Shown in pieces: positions 41,545 to 52,115 of a DNA stretch of 64,000 nt. Source of the stretch: a virus (lineage: Duplodnaviria; Caudoviricetes); IMG/VR virus record IMGVR_UViG_3300020048_000002. One strand, given 5' to 3'. The position numbers and the translations under genes are program-made. How positions within the stretch are numbered: the first letter of the stretch is position 1; the number at the start of each line of letters is the position of its first letter. The notes beneath the pieces are model-generated. The model was given only the letters and a program-made list of their open reading frames with translations, had not been told where the DNA came from and searched no databases.

Positions 41545-43239
41545 TCAGACTCCCGTAAAGGTGATAGTAACATCGAACGTGCCTTCACCACCATCCAGGA
41601 AGGTGTCAAAAGACGCACATTCGATGGAGTACGTACCCGCCGTCAGCGGTGCAGTAATCCGAGAGTCCGTGGCCGGGCCACCATCATCATCCGAATCCAG
41701 AATGACATCGTAAGAGCATGGACCGTCCTTTAGGTACAAGTACGTGTCCAGTGTCCCTCCCGGTGTCGTGTCCGTCATATCAATCTGATAAACGCCCTCT
41801 TGGCCTGGCGCGACGGTGAAGTAGAAGTAGTTGCACTTGTACCCGGCCCCATCCTCAGCAATTCGAGCAACTGCCGCAGGCGAAGAAGCCTGGATGTCCC
41901 CCGACTCAGTAACAAAATCTCCGGGGAGACTCAGAGTGGAGATGTCGATCTCCGATGCCGGGTAGGTGTCGGCGGGACATGCAGGGTTTAGAATACCCCC
42001 AACCTCAATGTTCTCCCCCCACCGATACTCCACCAAGGCCCAAGAGCAAAAGGCTTGAGCGATGGTCATGGGGTCCCCCGAGTTGAGCCGAAGCTGAACC
42101 TCGTAAGGAGCCGGACCCGTGGTCACCTGATCGTCGAGCGCACCTAGCGTCAGCTCGACCTCCAACTCCTCCGGTGTCTCCGAAATGCTGGTCAGCAAGG
42201 AAGAAGTAACGGGGGTTGGTAGCGCCGTGTTGAGGCGCACAAGGCGCAGTTCTGCGGCTTCTGCCGAAACCGAGGTTGTCTGGAGCACGGCTTTGAGCCA
42301 CGCTTGACCTAACGGATACGCTAACGGATTGAGGACAACACACCCGATGCGGGTCCAAGTGAGTCCGGCAGCGAAGTGCCCGGCAACCAACTGAGTGGTC
42401 GCTTGAAGGTCCTTCTTGGGGTCGACTCGGGGAGATACTAGCCGCGAGGTGGCAGTCCAACCAGTCCCGGTCACGTACCGACACAGGAACTCCGTGGTCA
42501 GGGACGTCTGTAGGCCAACAGGCAAAGGTGCCGCCAAGGCATCCGTCCCCTCCAAGTTGAGGCGAAACCCGGAGGCCCCGTTCTCGACAGTCACTAACAG
42601 TCGGTAGAAGGAGCCGTCCTCCTCCAAGTACCCAGTCGTCAAGTAGATGGTGAAAACGCCGCTACCGGCAGCCAGGGTAATCTCTTGATTCGTCGCGTCT
42701 TCGCCGTAAGTGAGGAACCGACCCCCGCTTCCACCACTCGTGTAGGTGTTAGCTTCCGTTCTCCCTACGTACCGACCTTCCCGGAGACGCCGCTTTCGGA
42801 GGAAAGCATCAAGGAGAACGTTCGAGGACCCTGTGGCACCACCGGCCCAGCCAAAAGGTTCCGAAACGGTCCCATCGATGTTGGCCATGACTCGGGTCAT
42901 GCCCGCCGAGGGCAACGAGAGGCCGTCGGCGTCCCCGACGCCAAAGAACTTGATGTCGGTCGTCAGACCGTCCACCGGATCGTCTCGGGTCAGCTTGACG
43001 ATGAACACCCCGTCCGTGAACGGGTTGATCACATCGGTCGTATCCAACGTCGGAGAAGTGAGCGTTGGAGGGGCCGAGTCAGGAGAGGGCCAAGAAATGA
43101 TCTCCCAGAGGTAGCTCGTTGCTCCGGGACCCCCGGCGTCCACCAAGGTGACATCGGAATCGGGAGCAAACCCCAAGACAGAGCGTCCCGGAACCCCTAC
43201 GGTGAACCCTTGGGTGAACTGAATCGTCGCAGTGGCCAT
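41545..43239 (-). CDS. virion protein with N-terminal PKD-like and C-terminal PPC-like domain
   Basis: 'SYLWEI.S.P' PKD-like start; 'LDTYLYL.DG....DDDGG...DSRI...L.AGTY.I' pre-peptidase C-terminal motif. Confidence 0.7.
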   Translation of the reverse strand: MATATIQFTQGFTVGVPGRSVLGFAPDSDVTLVDAGGPGATSYLWEIISWPSPDSAPPTLTSPTLDTTDVINPFTDGVFIVKLTRDDPVDGLTTDIKFFGVGDADGLSLPSAGMTRVMANIDGTVSEPFGWAGGATGSSNVLLDAFLRKRRLREGRYVGRTEANTYTSGGSGGRFLTYGEDATNQEITLAAGSGVFTIYLTTGYLEEDGSFYRLLVTVENGASGFRLNLEGTDALAAPLPVGLQTSLTTEFLCRYVTGTGWTATSRLVSPRVDPKKDLQATTQLVAGHFAAGLTWTRIGCVVLNPLAYPLGQAWLKAVLQTTSVSAEAAELRLVRLNTALPTPVTSSLLTSISETPEELEVELTLGALDDQVTTGPAPYEVQLRLNSGDPMTIAQAFCSWALVEYRWGENIEVGGILNPACPADTYPASEIDISTLSLPGDFVTESGDIQASSPAAVARIAEDGAGYKCNYFYFTVAPGQEGVYQIDMTDTTPGGTLDTYLYLKDGPCSYDVILDSDDDGGPATDSRITAPLTAGTYSIECASFDTFLDGGEGTFDVTITFTGV

Positions 43240-43286
43240 ACCGGTCCCTCAATAGGGGGTGGAGCATTGAAGGACTAAGGGTGAGA

Positions 43287-44099
43287 TCAGAAGTCAGCCG
43301 AATGATCCTCGTCGGCTACAGCCACGTTCGTCTTGCGACCGAGGCGATCCTTGTCCTTCAACCCTCTCCAGTAGGACCGGAAGTCGTCGTAGTAGTACGA
43401 CGACATCGCCCACCGCATCGCGTCCTGAATCTTTCCGTCCACGGTCGGGATGTACTTGTCCTGGAAGATGAACCGGATTCGGTACAACGTGTGCGCCGGG
43501 CGAACGATGTCGATGAGCTGCCGGATGGTCGCATCCACGTTGAAGATGTCGGGCGGAAACCCACCCCCAACCGGAATCACGATGTCGATGTCGAACCCAA
43601 ACTGATCCGAGATGTCGAGCCCGCTCACCCCTCTACGAACAAGGATGAAGTTCTCAGTGACTCGAATATCGCCCGAGATGAACAAGTTGACAATATCCGC
43701 CATCGACTTGGGGATCGACCCTTGGAAGTAGATCCGGATCAAGTTGAGGAGAATGTTGCGGAACTCCGCGTCGTCGAACTCCAGGTTGGGGAGCTTCCCG
43801 TTCAGGAAAATGAAGTACCCAACGATGGTGTAGAGGAACTCTGGCCGGGTTTGACTAAAGTCAGAGTCCCGGTTGACGTCCTCTAACGCCAGTTCCAGTC
43901 GTGCCAGCTCCATAGCCACCGCCTTTAGTTCGACGGTGTAGTTCGGCCCTTCGATGGCCGAGGAGTAGTTCGAGGGAAGAAGGTTTAGAAGCTGACTGAA
44001 GATGCTCTGGGCACGCTGGACGAGACGGAGGTTGTACTCCCGACCCGTCTGAGAGAGGGTGAAGTTGACTCGGTTCGGATCAGTTTGGAAACGAGCCAC
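43287..44099 (-). CDS. baseplate wedge protein (P2 gpI / Mu gp48-like)
   Basis: 'D.EFR..L', 'VRPAHT'; follows baseplate J. Confidence 0.75.
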   Translation of the reverse strand: MARFQTDPNRVNFTLSQTGREYNLRLVQRAQSIFSQLLNLLPSNYSSAIEGPNYTVELKAVAMELARLELALEDVNRDSDFSQTRPEFLYTIVGYFIFLNGKLPNLEFDDAEFRNILLNLIRIYFQGSIPKSMADIVNLFISGDIRVTENFILVRRGVSGLDISDQFGFDIDIVIPVGGGFPPDIFNVDATIRQLIDIVRPAHTLYRIRFIFQDKYIPTVDGKIQDAMRWAMSSYYYDDFRSYWRGLKDKDRLGRKTNVAVADEDHSADF

Positions 44100-44102
44100 G
44101 GA

Positions 44103-47100
44103 TCAACTCCCCGTGCGGTACGTGATGGTGAAGGCTCCAAGGTCCACGTACTCGACTTCGGACCCGTAGACATCGTGAGAACCACTGTCTCCTCGAACGT
44201 TGTAGGAGACGGTGTACGCATGGTTCGACGGGGTGTCGGGCGGGAGCCCTGCCCCGGAAAGAGCCACCACGATGTGATTGGCCGTCCGAGCCAAAAGCTC
44301 TGCTTGACGGGCAGCGGGGGTTGTGAAGCCTGCGGCAATCAACGTGGCGTCATCCGTGTACCCGTAGATAACCGCCCCGGAAGACCCGATGATGTAGGCT
44401 TGGTTCGCCATGCTGCCGACTAGCGAGAGGTCGCTCACCAACCCCATCGCGATCTCGTCTTGGAACACTCCCCTGTGCTCTGTTTTGAGGCCGCCCCCGT
44501 CCGTCGTGGGGTAGTTCAAGCGATCTCGAAGAATGAAGACTCGTTGACCCCCGATGTCGAGAGTCGAGAGACGAGTAGCTTCGGAGAGAATCTGCTCTCG
44601 AAGGATTCGAGAACCATCCGCATACGCCATACGTGCCAACGGGACGATTTCGTAGTCGACCCCCGTCGTCGAATCGACGGCGTTGATGACATCGGACTGA
44701 GCGATGCCTTGTCCGATCACTCGGCGATTCAACTCCAGGCTGACGTCGGTGCGAATCGCCGGGTCTACCTTGTCCTTGGCGTACCCCGCCTTGAGCTGAA
44801 CCGTCGTCTCAATGTCGATCGAGTTGACGATAGCCTGCTTCACAACAACATCCGCTGTCACATGTCGCCGTGTCTCGATGACTTGCTGGAGCTGCTGTAG
44901 AAGGTCGTTTACGACGTACGTAACCGAGAAGTTCTCGTCCTTCGTGTAGTCGACAGAAACCTCTTCGCCGTTGACGATGGTTGAGGCATCCGTCCGGACA
45001 ATCTTTACGGGGGTCCGGTCCGTCCCCTCGATGATCTCGAAGTCAGGGGCTCCCGACTCAGGCCCGTTGTACTCAACCGTGCGGGCTAGGTTGAACACCC
45101 GGATCGTCTTGGTGTTGATCCCAATGGAGTCGAGGGGCTCTTGGACGAACCCGATCAAGACGTGATTTTCGTCGTTGACCGTGATCTGGTTCCCAACGGG
45201 GAGCCCCGCTGCTTGGACCACGGAGATGTAGTCTTCTGAAATGGTGCTCTCTCCGATGAGGAGAGGGTCGTCCGTCTTGTAGAGGTCGTAGTTCGTTCCG
45301 GGGACCAGCGCCCCCGACACCTCGCCGACTACGGAAGTGATACGACGAACGGGCTGCAAGCTGAAGATGAACTTGTTGCTCGTGCGGAACCGGTAGTCCG
45401 CATAGACCACATCGTCCACGGTCGTAGCAGGTTGCGCTACCGCCGTGCTCAGCTTGAACGTTTGGTAGTCTAGGACGCTGACATCCGTCAGGTCGTACGA
45501 CGTCCCAAGGGTGGCGTTCCGAACACCAAGCCCCTCCGAAGGGACATTCAGCATCTCGATGATGGGGGTCGTAGGCGTGACCCGAGAATCAAGAACTCGG
45601 AAGATGAGGTTGATGGGGTCAACGATCTGGCACTGAACATCCCGTGCAATCTCGAACGAAAACGCAAAGTTCTCGGTGACTTGCCTCTCCCGAAGGCCCT
45701 GCACCCAAACGTCCACCTTGCCGCCGATGTGCTTCTTGCGGACGTCATCCCAGTCTCGCATCATCAGACGGTCGCCCGACTTCACGATCTTGGTTTTGAC
45801 GATCCCCACCTGTTCAGCAGCGGTGGAGTAGTACCCGTACTCGGTCCCCGTATCGACGGACGCAAATGCGATGATGCTTCGAGCGGCCAGTTCGGCGTTG
45901 GTTTCCTGGTCCGTGCCTCCAACGGTAGCCTCCGTGTTCACCACGGAGAAGTTGGAGACCGACCCGGAAGTGATGGAACCTGCGGGAACGTTCCCGTCCG
46001 CTCCAGGGTTCTCGGCGGAAATATCAGCTACAATCTCATACCGCTTCGTGTTGAAGTTGTAGTATGCCTCCGCCGTAGCAGCCGGAAGGGTGTAGGCTCC
46101 ACCAACTCGAAATCGAACGGTTGTTCCAGTCGTGTCCCCGCCCGTGGTCACAACGGCACCTGCCGGAATCACCAGATCGAGCGTTGGCCTCGTGGTCGTA
46201 TAGAAAACGACCTGGCCTGTAGCCAAACGGCCCGAGAGTCGGGTCTTATTGACGTTTTTGGCGAGCTTGTCGAACTGAGTGTTGACGAGATTCTGGACCG
46301 CGCCGTCGCTGGTGTAGCCAAGAGCCGACTTTAGAGCGGACTTGTAGGCGCTGTCTCCAACGGCATCGCTCACACCATCGTTGTTCGCGTCATCGACCTG
46401 GAGCAACGTCACGAAGCTCTGGCTTCGGTGTACGAAGTCCATGAGGAACCACAAGCGTTCGGCCTCGCTTGCGAAGGGGTCGATGCTTACGTCACGGGTC
46501 GTTGAACCGGGGATCAAGCTGATCTCAGCGTTGACCTGGTTGACCCGGTTGATGTAGGTCGTGATGATGCTCGTCTGCGTCCGGTTCGGCAGGTCGAGGA
46601 TCGCCGTATCGATGATTAGAGGTTGCCCAAGGACCTCTTGGCTGTAAGGCGACTCATACTCCGCACTGAGGGTGCTGTCGTAGTAGACTCCGGTCACAAC
46701 GTAGTAGAGTGGGGCCGTGTCGAGAACGCCCGCCCACTGATCGGTGTTGATCGTGTTGGCCCCACCAGCTCGGTTGTGTCGGAACGAACAGTACTTCGTC
46801 TGGGTGTAGCTCGTGAGGGTCGAAACGAAGCGCACCCGATCGAAGAAGCTCGACGCATCTTGGACGGAGTTTAGCCTCTCGGCCAACTCTGTCTGAAACT
46901 CGTCCTCTTCCGTCACTCGAATCCGAATGAACTGCCGATCCGACTCCTGCCAGAAAGCCTGATCTTCAAGCGTCTGAAATGTCGTATCGTCGTAGACATC
47001 ATCGTCCGTCGTGACGAGAGCGTCGTTGATTCGATAGTACCCAGTACGCCCGGCTGGGGTAGACGAAGCGTAAATGTTGAACCCCAGGAAGGTAAGGTTC

Positions 47101-47531
47101 GTGAAAAGCGACAGGGGTGCAGCCGCCTGCACATCGACGTAGTTTCGTCCTCGCCGCACCCTGATACCCGAAGGGATGATCGTTCGTGCGTTGACGGTCG
47201 CTGCATCCTGAATCGAGCCAATCGTGGCCGTCGAGGGCGCGGAGAGGCCCCCAACGATGTCGATGGCACGAAACGTAATCGTATGCCGACCCGATCCAAG
47301 AATGTACCCAGACGGATAGATCGAGGGGTTCGGAAAAACGAAAGTGTTTAGCTCGATTTTGAGCAACGACGGGTCGGTAACAAAAGCGGCCCCATCGATC
47401 GACACCTGCAAAGCCACGGTATCGGGCGTTAGAACGCCTCGGAGCGTGATGGCTTCCTGGTTCGTCGTGAAGTACAGATTTGTCGTGTACCCCGACTTGT
47501 CTCGAAGCTCTAGCTGAGGTGCGGTTGCCAT
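44103..47531 (-). CDS. baseplate J-like wedge protein, extended
   Basis: 'PGSTTRD', 'ATGQVVF', 'IPAGAVV', 'G..GNVPAGSI', 'GGTDQETNAEL'. Confidence 0.85.
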   Translation of the reverse strand: MATAPQLELRDKSGYTTNLYFTTNQEAITLRGVLTPDTVALQVSIDGAAFVTDPSLLKIELNTFVFPNPSIYPSGYILGSGRHTITFRAIDIVGGLSAPSTATIGSIQDAATVNARTIIPSGIRVRRGRNYVDVQAAAPLSLFTNLTFLGFNIYASSTPAGRTGYYRINDALVTTDDDVYDDTTFQTLEDQAFWQESDRQFIRIRVTEEDEFQTELAERLNSVQDASSFFDRVRFVSTLTSYTQTKYCSFRHNRAGGANTINTDQWAGVLDTAPLYYVVTGVYYDSTLSAEYESPYSQEVLGQPLIIDTAILDLPNRTQTSIITTYINRVNQVNAEISLIPGSTTRDVSIDPFASEAERLWFLMDFVHRSQSFVTLLQVDDANNDGVSDAVGDSAYKSALKSALGYTSDGAVQNLVNTQFDKLAKNVNKTRLSGRLATGQVVFYTTTRPTLDLVIPAGAVVTTGGDTTGTTVRFRVGGAYTLPAATAEAYYNFNTKRYEIVADISAENPGADGNVPAGSITSGSVSNFSVVNTEATVGGTDQETNAELAARSIIAFASVDTGTEYGYYSTAAEQVGIVKTKIVKSGDRLMMRDWDDVRKKHIGGKVDVWVQGLRERQVTENFAFSFEIARDVQCQIVDPINLIFRVLDSRVTPTTPIIEMLNVPSEGLGVRNATLGTSYDLTDVSVLDYQTFKLSTAVAQPATTVDDVVYADYRFRTSNKFIFSLQPVRRITSVVGEVSGALVPGTNYDLYKTDDPLLIGESTISEDYISVVQAAGLPVGNQITVNDENHVLIGFVQEPLDSIGINTKTIRVFNLARTVEYNGPESGAPDFEIIEGTDRTPVKIVRTDASTIVNGEEVSVDYTKDENFSVTYVVNDLLQQLQQVIETRRHVTADVVVKQAIVNSIDIETTVQLKAGYAKDKVDPAIRTDVSLELNRRVIGQGIAQSDVINAVDSTTGVDYEIVPLARMAYADGSRILREQILSEATRLSTLDIGGQRVFILRDRLNYPTTDGGGLKTEHRGVFQDEIAMGLVSDLSLVGSMANQAYIIGSSGAVIYGYTDDATLIAAGFTTPAARQAELLARTANHIVVALSGAGLPPDTPSNHAYTVSYNVRGDSGSHDVYGSEVEYVDLGAFTITYRTGS

Positions 47532-47534
47532 CGA

Positions 47535-48677
47535 TCACCCGGTAAGGACGTAGTTGCGAAGGGACTCACGGAAGATCCCTTGCTCTTGCGTGGAGCCAAG
47601 TAGATCCGCAGGCTGAGGGACACGGACGCCCCGGTCGAGGATGATGGGCGTCTGAGACCGGTTCTGGACCGTCATGTTGACGAAGAACACTGTGTAGTCT
47701 TGCTGACTTTGCTGGACAGACACGTTGAGTAGCCGATACGGGTACTCCGCGTCGGAAACGAACTGGCCAATCGCAATCTCCTGTTGCTTCTTGATGCTCT
47801 GCCATCGACCGAAAGCCCGGTAGATGTCCTGAATGATCATGTTTTGCAGAAGATTGCCGACCGAGATCTTCCGTCCGATCTGGTCGTTGAGCGACGTCCC
47901 GTACCACGTATGGAACGGGTTGGACTCAATCTCCGTGAAGATGAGCTTGAGGACCTCTTGAATGAGCAGGGCCTCGTCCACGACCTGGATGACATCGCCC
48001 GTAACCGTGTACCGCCAGTCGTTCTCAACCCCCGTACCACCACACCTGCGACACTCTGACTGAACAGTTGTGTAGTTTATCTCTACGTAGTCGATGGTGG
48101 ACCGAAGGGGTTGATCAAACACGATGTGACGTAGGGGTCGAATGTTGACCGTGCCCGGTGCTTGCAACAGGTACCAGCCCGGCACCACGTTCTTGCCTCG
48201 GTACTCTCGGTTTACCGAGATCCCCAACGTAGTCGCTAGAGTGTTCGCGGAAGGCAAGAAGAAGGTGTGCGCGTCCCCCGACTGAAGCCCCTGGACCATC
48301 ACACGGTTCCCGGAGTTGGAGAAGTTGACACCCAACTGGCTCTGGTTGAGAAACCGGACGAGCTGGTCGGTAGTGATGTTGTCCGTGGGAGGTACGGTGA
48401 CCTCAAAGACCGTGGGGTCCACTCCCACTCGAACCTGGAACTTGTCGTTGACCCCAGCCTGAATTCGGAAAGGGCCAAAGATGCGCCCCTCCGCAGAAGG
48501 CGGCAACTGAACCCCCTCCGAAGGGACGACAATCTCTCCGTTGAGCTTGACCTGCAAACCCTGAGCAGATGCGATCGGCCGGAGGGGTTTGATCGTTTGC
48601 CTGTCCGTGGTGACGTACAAGGTTTCGTTTGCCACGGCGTGCTGGCAGACTTGATCGATTTTCCGGTCGTAGCTCAT
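47535..48677 (-). CDS. baseplate protein with C-terminal gp25/GpW-like domain
   Basis: 'FTEIESNPFHTWYGTSL'; CxxC; directly upstream of baseplate J. Confidence 0.7.
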   Translation of the reverse strand: MSYDRKIDQVCQHAVANETLYVTTDRQTIKPLRPIASAQGLQVKLNGEIVVPSEGVQLPPSAEGRIFGPFRIQAGVNDKFQVRVGVDPTVFEVTVPPTDNITTDQLVRFLNQSQLGVNFSNSGNRVMVQGLQSGDAHTFFLPSANTLATTLGISVNREYRGKNVVPGWYLLQAPGTVNIRPLRHIVFDQPLRSTIDYVEINYTTVQSECRRCGGTGVENDWRYTVTGDVIQVVDEALLIQEVLKLIFTEIESNPFHTWYGTSLNDQIGRKISVGNLLQNMIIQDIYRAFGRWQSIKKQQEIAIGQFVSDAEYPYRLLNVSVQQSQQDYTVFFVNMTVQNRSQTPIILDRGVRVPQPADLLGSTQEQGIFRESLRNYVLTG

Positions 48678-48680
48678 GGA

Positions 48681-49442
48681 TCACGTCTGGGAGGTTATGC
48701 CGGGTACCCGAGCCCCGTCGATGTCGCGTTGGTAGCCGCCCGTCTCCGTGGGGAGGTTCTCGGGTTTTGCGTCCGCTGTAGAGTACGGAGCAAAAGGAGC
48801 ATAAGTGAGCTTGCCGTAGGGGTCCAACCCCTTGTCGTCGTAGATGGGCCTGTAGTTCTGATCCGTGAGCAGGTCTTCGATGGCTTGAAAAATCGAGCCC
48901 AACGACCTTGGGGCCTCAGCGGAAGCCGCAAGCGCACTCATCAGGGCTGTCTCAGCCGTCAACTGATCGGCGTAATCAAGAGATCTCCGAACCTTCCGCT
49001 CAAGGTACTCTCGCTTGTAGTGCAGGGCTGATGTGAGGTGCGAACGAGCCGAACGCATCAGTTCGGCGGTAAGAGCGTCCGCCAAACCCTTCTGGCCTAC
49101 GATCTCCCCGTTGCTCATGAGTTGAGGCGGGGCCGTCTCCGAGGCTGGCATGAGGTAAACTGCTTGAGTGAGGGACCTCACCTGCAAGTCGTACTGAACG
49201 TCTCCCCCTAAAACCTCATAGGCCGCCACGAGTCGGCCGATGTACGTCGAGGTGACGTCGGAGGAAGTGAACTTGATGGGTCTACCCCCGCTATCGTACT
49301 CAAACGTCAAACTACCGAGACGGTTGACTTCAGATACGTTGTGAGCAACTCGTGGCCCAAAGGTCAAGAGCTGATCTTTCGCAAATGTGGCGAATCGATT
49401 GTACTGGCTCTTGTTGAACGTACCTAAAAAGTCGAACGCCAC
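48681..49442 (-). CDS. hypothetical virion-associated protein (253 aa)
   Basis: GAGGT RBS; within the baseplate cluster. Confidence 0.65.
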   Translation of the reverse strand: MAFDFLGTFNKSQYNRFATFAKDQLLTFGPRVAHNVSEVNRLGSLTFEYDSGGRPIKFTSSDVTSTYIGRLVAAYEVLGGDVQYDLQVRSLTQAVYLMPASETAPPQLMSNGEIVGQKGLADALTAELMRSARSHLTSALHYKREYLERKVRRSLDYADQLTAETALMSALAASAEAPRSLGSIFQAIEDLLTDQNYRPIYDDKGLDPYGKLTYAPFAPYSTADAKPENLPTETGGYQRDIDGARVPGITSQT

Positions 49443-49455
49443 TTTGCACCTCGTG

Positions 49456-51843
49456 TCAGAAGATGAGCTTTAGGGCCGCTTCTAGGGGAGCGATGTCCGG
49501 GGCCAAGTACGCCAGACAGAGGCCCGCTGTGTAACCCCCATCTGCGGTGCTCTTGGGCACGTCACCTCCAGCGTTGTCGATCGCCGCAAACCAATCTCCG
49601 ATGCCTTGGTCGAGGCCAGATGCAAACAGCAAGTAGAACCCGGCTGAAAGCTGTTCAATGAAGTTCAGGATCATGATGATGAACTCGATGAACGCTTCCA
49701 ACGTCTCGATTTTACGAATGATCATGTCGATGAACTGGACAATCTCATCGAGCAGACCGTTGAAGGCGTCGACCAACGCCTGAATCTTCGCCAAAATGTC
49801 GTAGAGGATTTGCGAGGACCAAGGGATGAGGTCCTGCAAGATGCTGAACCGTACCCAATCCGGTGGCTGCCCTTGGTAGCCGAGAGCCTTGAGGTAGTTG
49901 ACGGCCGCGAGAAGATTTCGTCGAACCCGAGCATCCGAGAAAGCAGTGCCGTATGTTTTCGCTGTTGCGAGGTCTGTTTCCCAAGAGAAGATCCCGTTTT
50001 TGATAGCATCTACAAGAGCGTCTCCAACGGTGAGAGATCCGACCCCCTCGCCTACTTCCGCGAAGAAACTCCCAGTCGCCGACCCCCCGTCAGGGGGTTC
50101 CACGATATAGGTCAGAGCAAAAACCATCTTCTCAAGCGTGTCCGCATCCTTGAGAGTGCTATCGCCGTTGTAAAGCTCACTCTTCTCGAACGGCGAAAAG
50201 GGTAAGGACCCTTGCATCAGGTCACGGAAACCCTCGATTATTTCTCCCCCCGCCTCCAACATGAGACCCGCATACAGGTTCGCTAGGCGTGCCGCCTTGA
50301 GGCGAACGAGCGGGGAGATCCAGGGGGCACTCTCAGGCGTTATCTCCGTGGTGGGCGTATCTACGGCCCCTTGAGTGAGCAGTCCCGTTGCTATGCTCAC
50401 CCCTGGGACGGCCTCAAAGGCCACCAAAGAACCGGCCTGAGCCGTGAGGGATCCTTGCCCGATGATGAGGTTGCTGTACGGAGGGTTGACCGGAGTGCCG
50501 TCCGGGTTGAACACCGGCTTGTAGATGGGGTACCCCAAAGAATCGAGCTTGTTGACCATGTTCCCGGTGATCGGGTCTTGGACAAGCACGGGTTCTCCCA
50601 CGGGGGCCGGGGCCTGGAAGTTGAACGAGAACGCCGCCAAGAAGATCCGACGCAGGTTCTCGTAGACGTCGAACTCAGGCGGGATCTCAGGGAGGCGGCC
50701 TGGGATCAGCGGCGACGCTTTGCCCATGACCACCTTGTTCCCTGAGTCGTTGCTCGGGTACTCCAGGTACCAGGAGTCGCGTCGGTTGGGGTCTTGGACA
50801 ATGTTGTCGGAAGAAAACTCAATCTTCTTCGTCGACTCGTTGTAGGCGAGATCCCCACTGTATGCCCGAACGCGATACCAGTAGGGTTTGTCCTTTGCCA
50901 CGTTCTCGTCGATCCAACGAAACTTGGAATAACCGAGGATGCTCAACACGGTCTGAGCGGTTTCTGTGCTCGCCGTGATGGGGTACGCCTCCTCCATGAG
51001 CACGACCGGTTCGCCGAACTCATCAACGACCCGAGTTTTTTGAAGGATCGGTTTCCCGGTTCGCGGGTTCTTTGCCGTGGTCTCTACGAGCTTGTACAGT
51101 CGACCCGGTTGGTTGAAGTCCGTAACTTCGTCGGAAGGGTAAACAGACGTTCTCTCAACGAGGAAGTTCGGAGGCACGAACTGAGTGCGGATGTCCGCCG
51201 CCAACCCGTTGAAAGCGTCCGTGGGCGTCGGAGTGTTGCCCGGTAAACCCCACTCCACGACCAACCCCTGAAGGTCGGAGTTGAAGTACTGTGCGATTTG
51301 AAGAGGGGTGTCTCCGTTAGCTCCGATGGGCAAGACCTTGGCGTTCGTCGGGGCTCCGTATTGCGGAGACGTGATGGACGACCCAAAGAACTTGATCAGG
51401 ATCATGATGAGACGCAGCAACTTGGCCGGACCCTGAACGTCGGCCAAGATGATCAAGAACCCCCCGGTATTGAACCCTGGGATGGGTCTTGGACGATTCG
51501 GATCTCTCGCGTCGAGTAACGAACCCTTCCACCGTTCGACGAACGCCGGATACCCCCCGGCTAGGCGCTTCATCCAGGGGTCCACGGAGAAGTCGGGGAA
51601 GTGGTACCACATGTAGAAGCCGGAGCGCCTGAGCGACTCCAAAAAGCTCTCTACGAGGGCGATGATGGCTTGAACAAGCGCCTTGATCGGGTTGCCGATG
51701 AACTGAAGGAAAGTCTTGATGACTTCAAGCAGGGTCTTAGCGATGTCCAAAAAGACGACAAGTGTCTCCAGGACCTCTCGGACCTGCTTGAGAATGTCCT
51801 TGCCAGGGATGGCGACTTCAAGAGCCTTCCAAGTATCGGCCAC
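49456..51843 (-). CDS. hypothetical virion-associated protein (795 aa) with amphipathic helical termini
   Basis: Long ORF with hydrophobic heptad-like helices at both ends and a central FN3-like 'YWYRVRAY'. Confidence 0.7.
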   Translation of the reverse strand: MADTWKALEVAIPGKDILKQVREVLETLVVFLDIAKTLLEVIKTFLQFIGNPIKALVQAIIALVESFLESLRRSGFYMWYHFPDFSVDPWMKRLAGGYPAFVERWKGSLLDARDPNRPRPIPGFNTGGFLIILADVQGPAKLLRLIMILIKFFGSSITSPQYGAPTNAKVLPIGANGDTPLQIAQYFNSDLQGLVVEWGLPGNTPTPTDAFNGLAADIRTQFVPPNFLVERTSVYPSDEVTDFNQPGRLYKLVETTAKNPRTGKPILQKTRVVDEFGEPVVLMEEAYPITASTETAQTVLSILGYSKFRWIDENVAKDKPYWYRVRAYSGDLAYNESTKKIEFSSDNIVQDPNRRDSWYLEYPSNDSGNKVVMGKASPLIPGRLPEIPPEFDVYENLRRIFLAAFSFNFQAPAPVGEPVLVQDPITGNMVNKLDSLGYPIYKPVFNPDGTPVNPPYSNLIIGQGSLTAQAGSLVAFEAVPGVSIATGLLTQGAVDTPTTEITPESAPWISPLVRLKAARLANLYAGLMLEAGGEIIEGFRDLMQGSLPFSPFEKSELYNGDSTLKDADTLEKMVFALTYIVEPPDGGSATGSFFAEVGEGVGSLTVGDALVDAIKNGIFSWETDLATAKTYGTAFSDARVRRNLLAAVNYLKALGYQGQPPDWVRFSILQDLIPWSSQILYDILAKIQALVDAFNGLLDEIVQFIDMIIRKIETLEAFIEFIIMILNFIEQLSAGFYLLFASGLDQGIGDWFAAIDNAGGDVPKSTADGGYTAGLCLAYLAPDIAPLEAALKLIF

Positions 51844-51845
51844 GG

Positions 51846-52115
51846 TTAGCTCCCGTACGTGAGCTTCTCGATTTTTCGACGAAGCCTAGCAATCTCGGTT
51901 TCCGTTGCCTGCCGAGTCAAGTTCAGAATCTCCCGCATCTGGGTGTTGATCCGGAACTCCGTACGGTATTCCCAGTTGGCCTGTGGCGGCTTTTTGGGTT
52001 GTTCGGGCTCCTTCGCCGAAGCCTCGTCGGGAGAAGTCTCCGAAGAACCCTCCTCACCCGGAGCCTGCTCCGGCTCCTCTCGGGAGCTTTGGTCGGATTC
52101 GATCTTGGTGTTCAT
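51846..52115 (-). CDS. hypothetical protein (89 aa)
   Basis: ATGA overlap with the upstream gene; C-terminal coiled coil. Confidence 0.6.
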   Translation of the reverse strand: MNTKIESDQSSREEPEQAPGEEGSSETSPDEASAKEPEQPKKPPQANWEYRTEFRINTQMREILNLTRQATETEIARLRRKIEKLTYGS

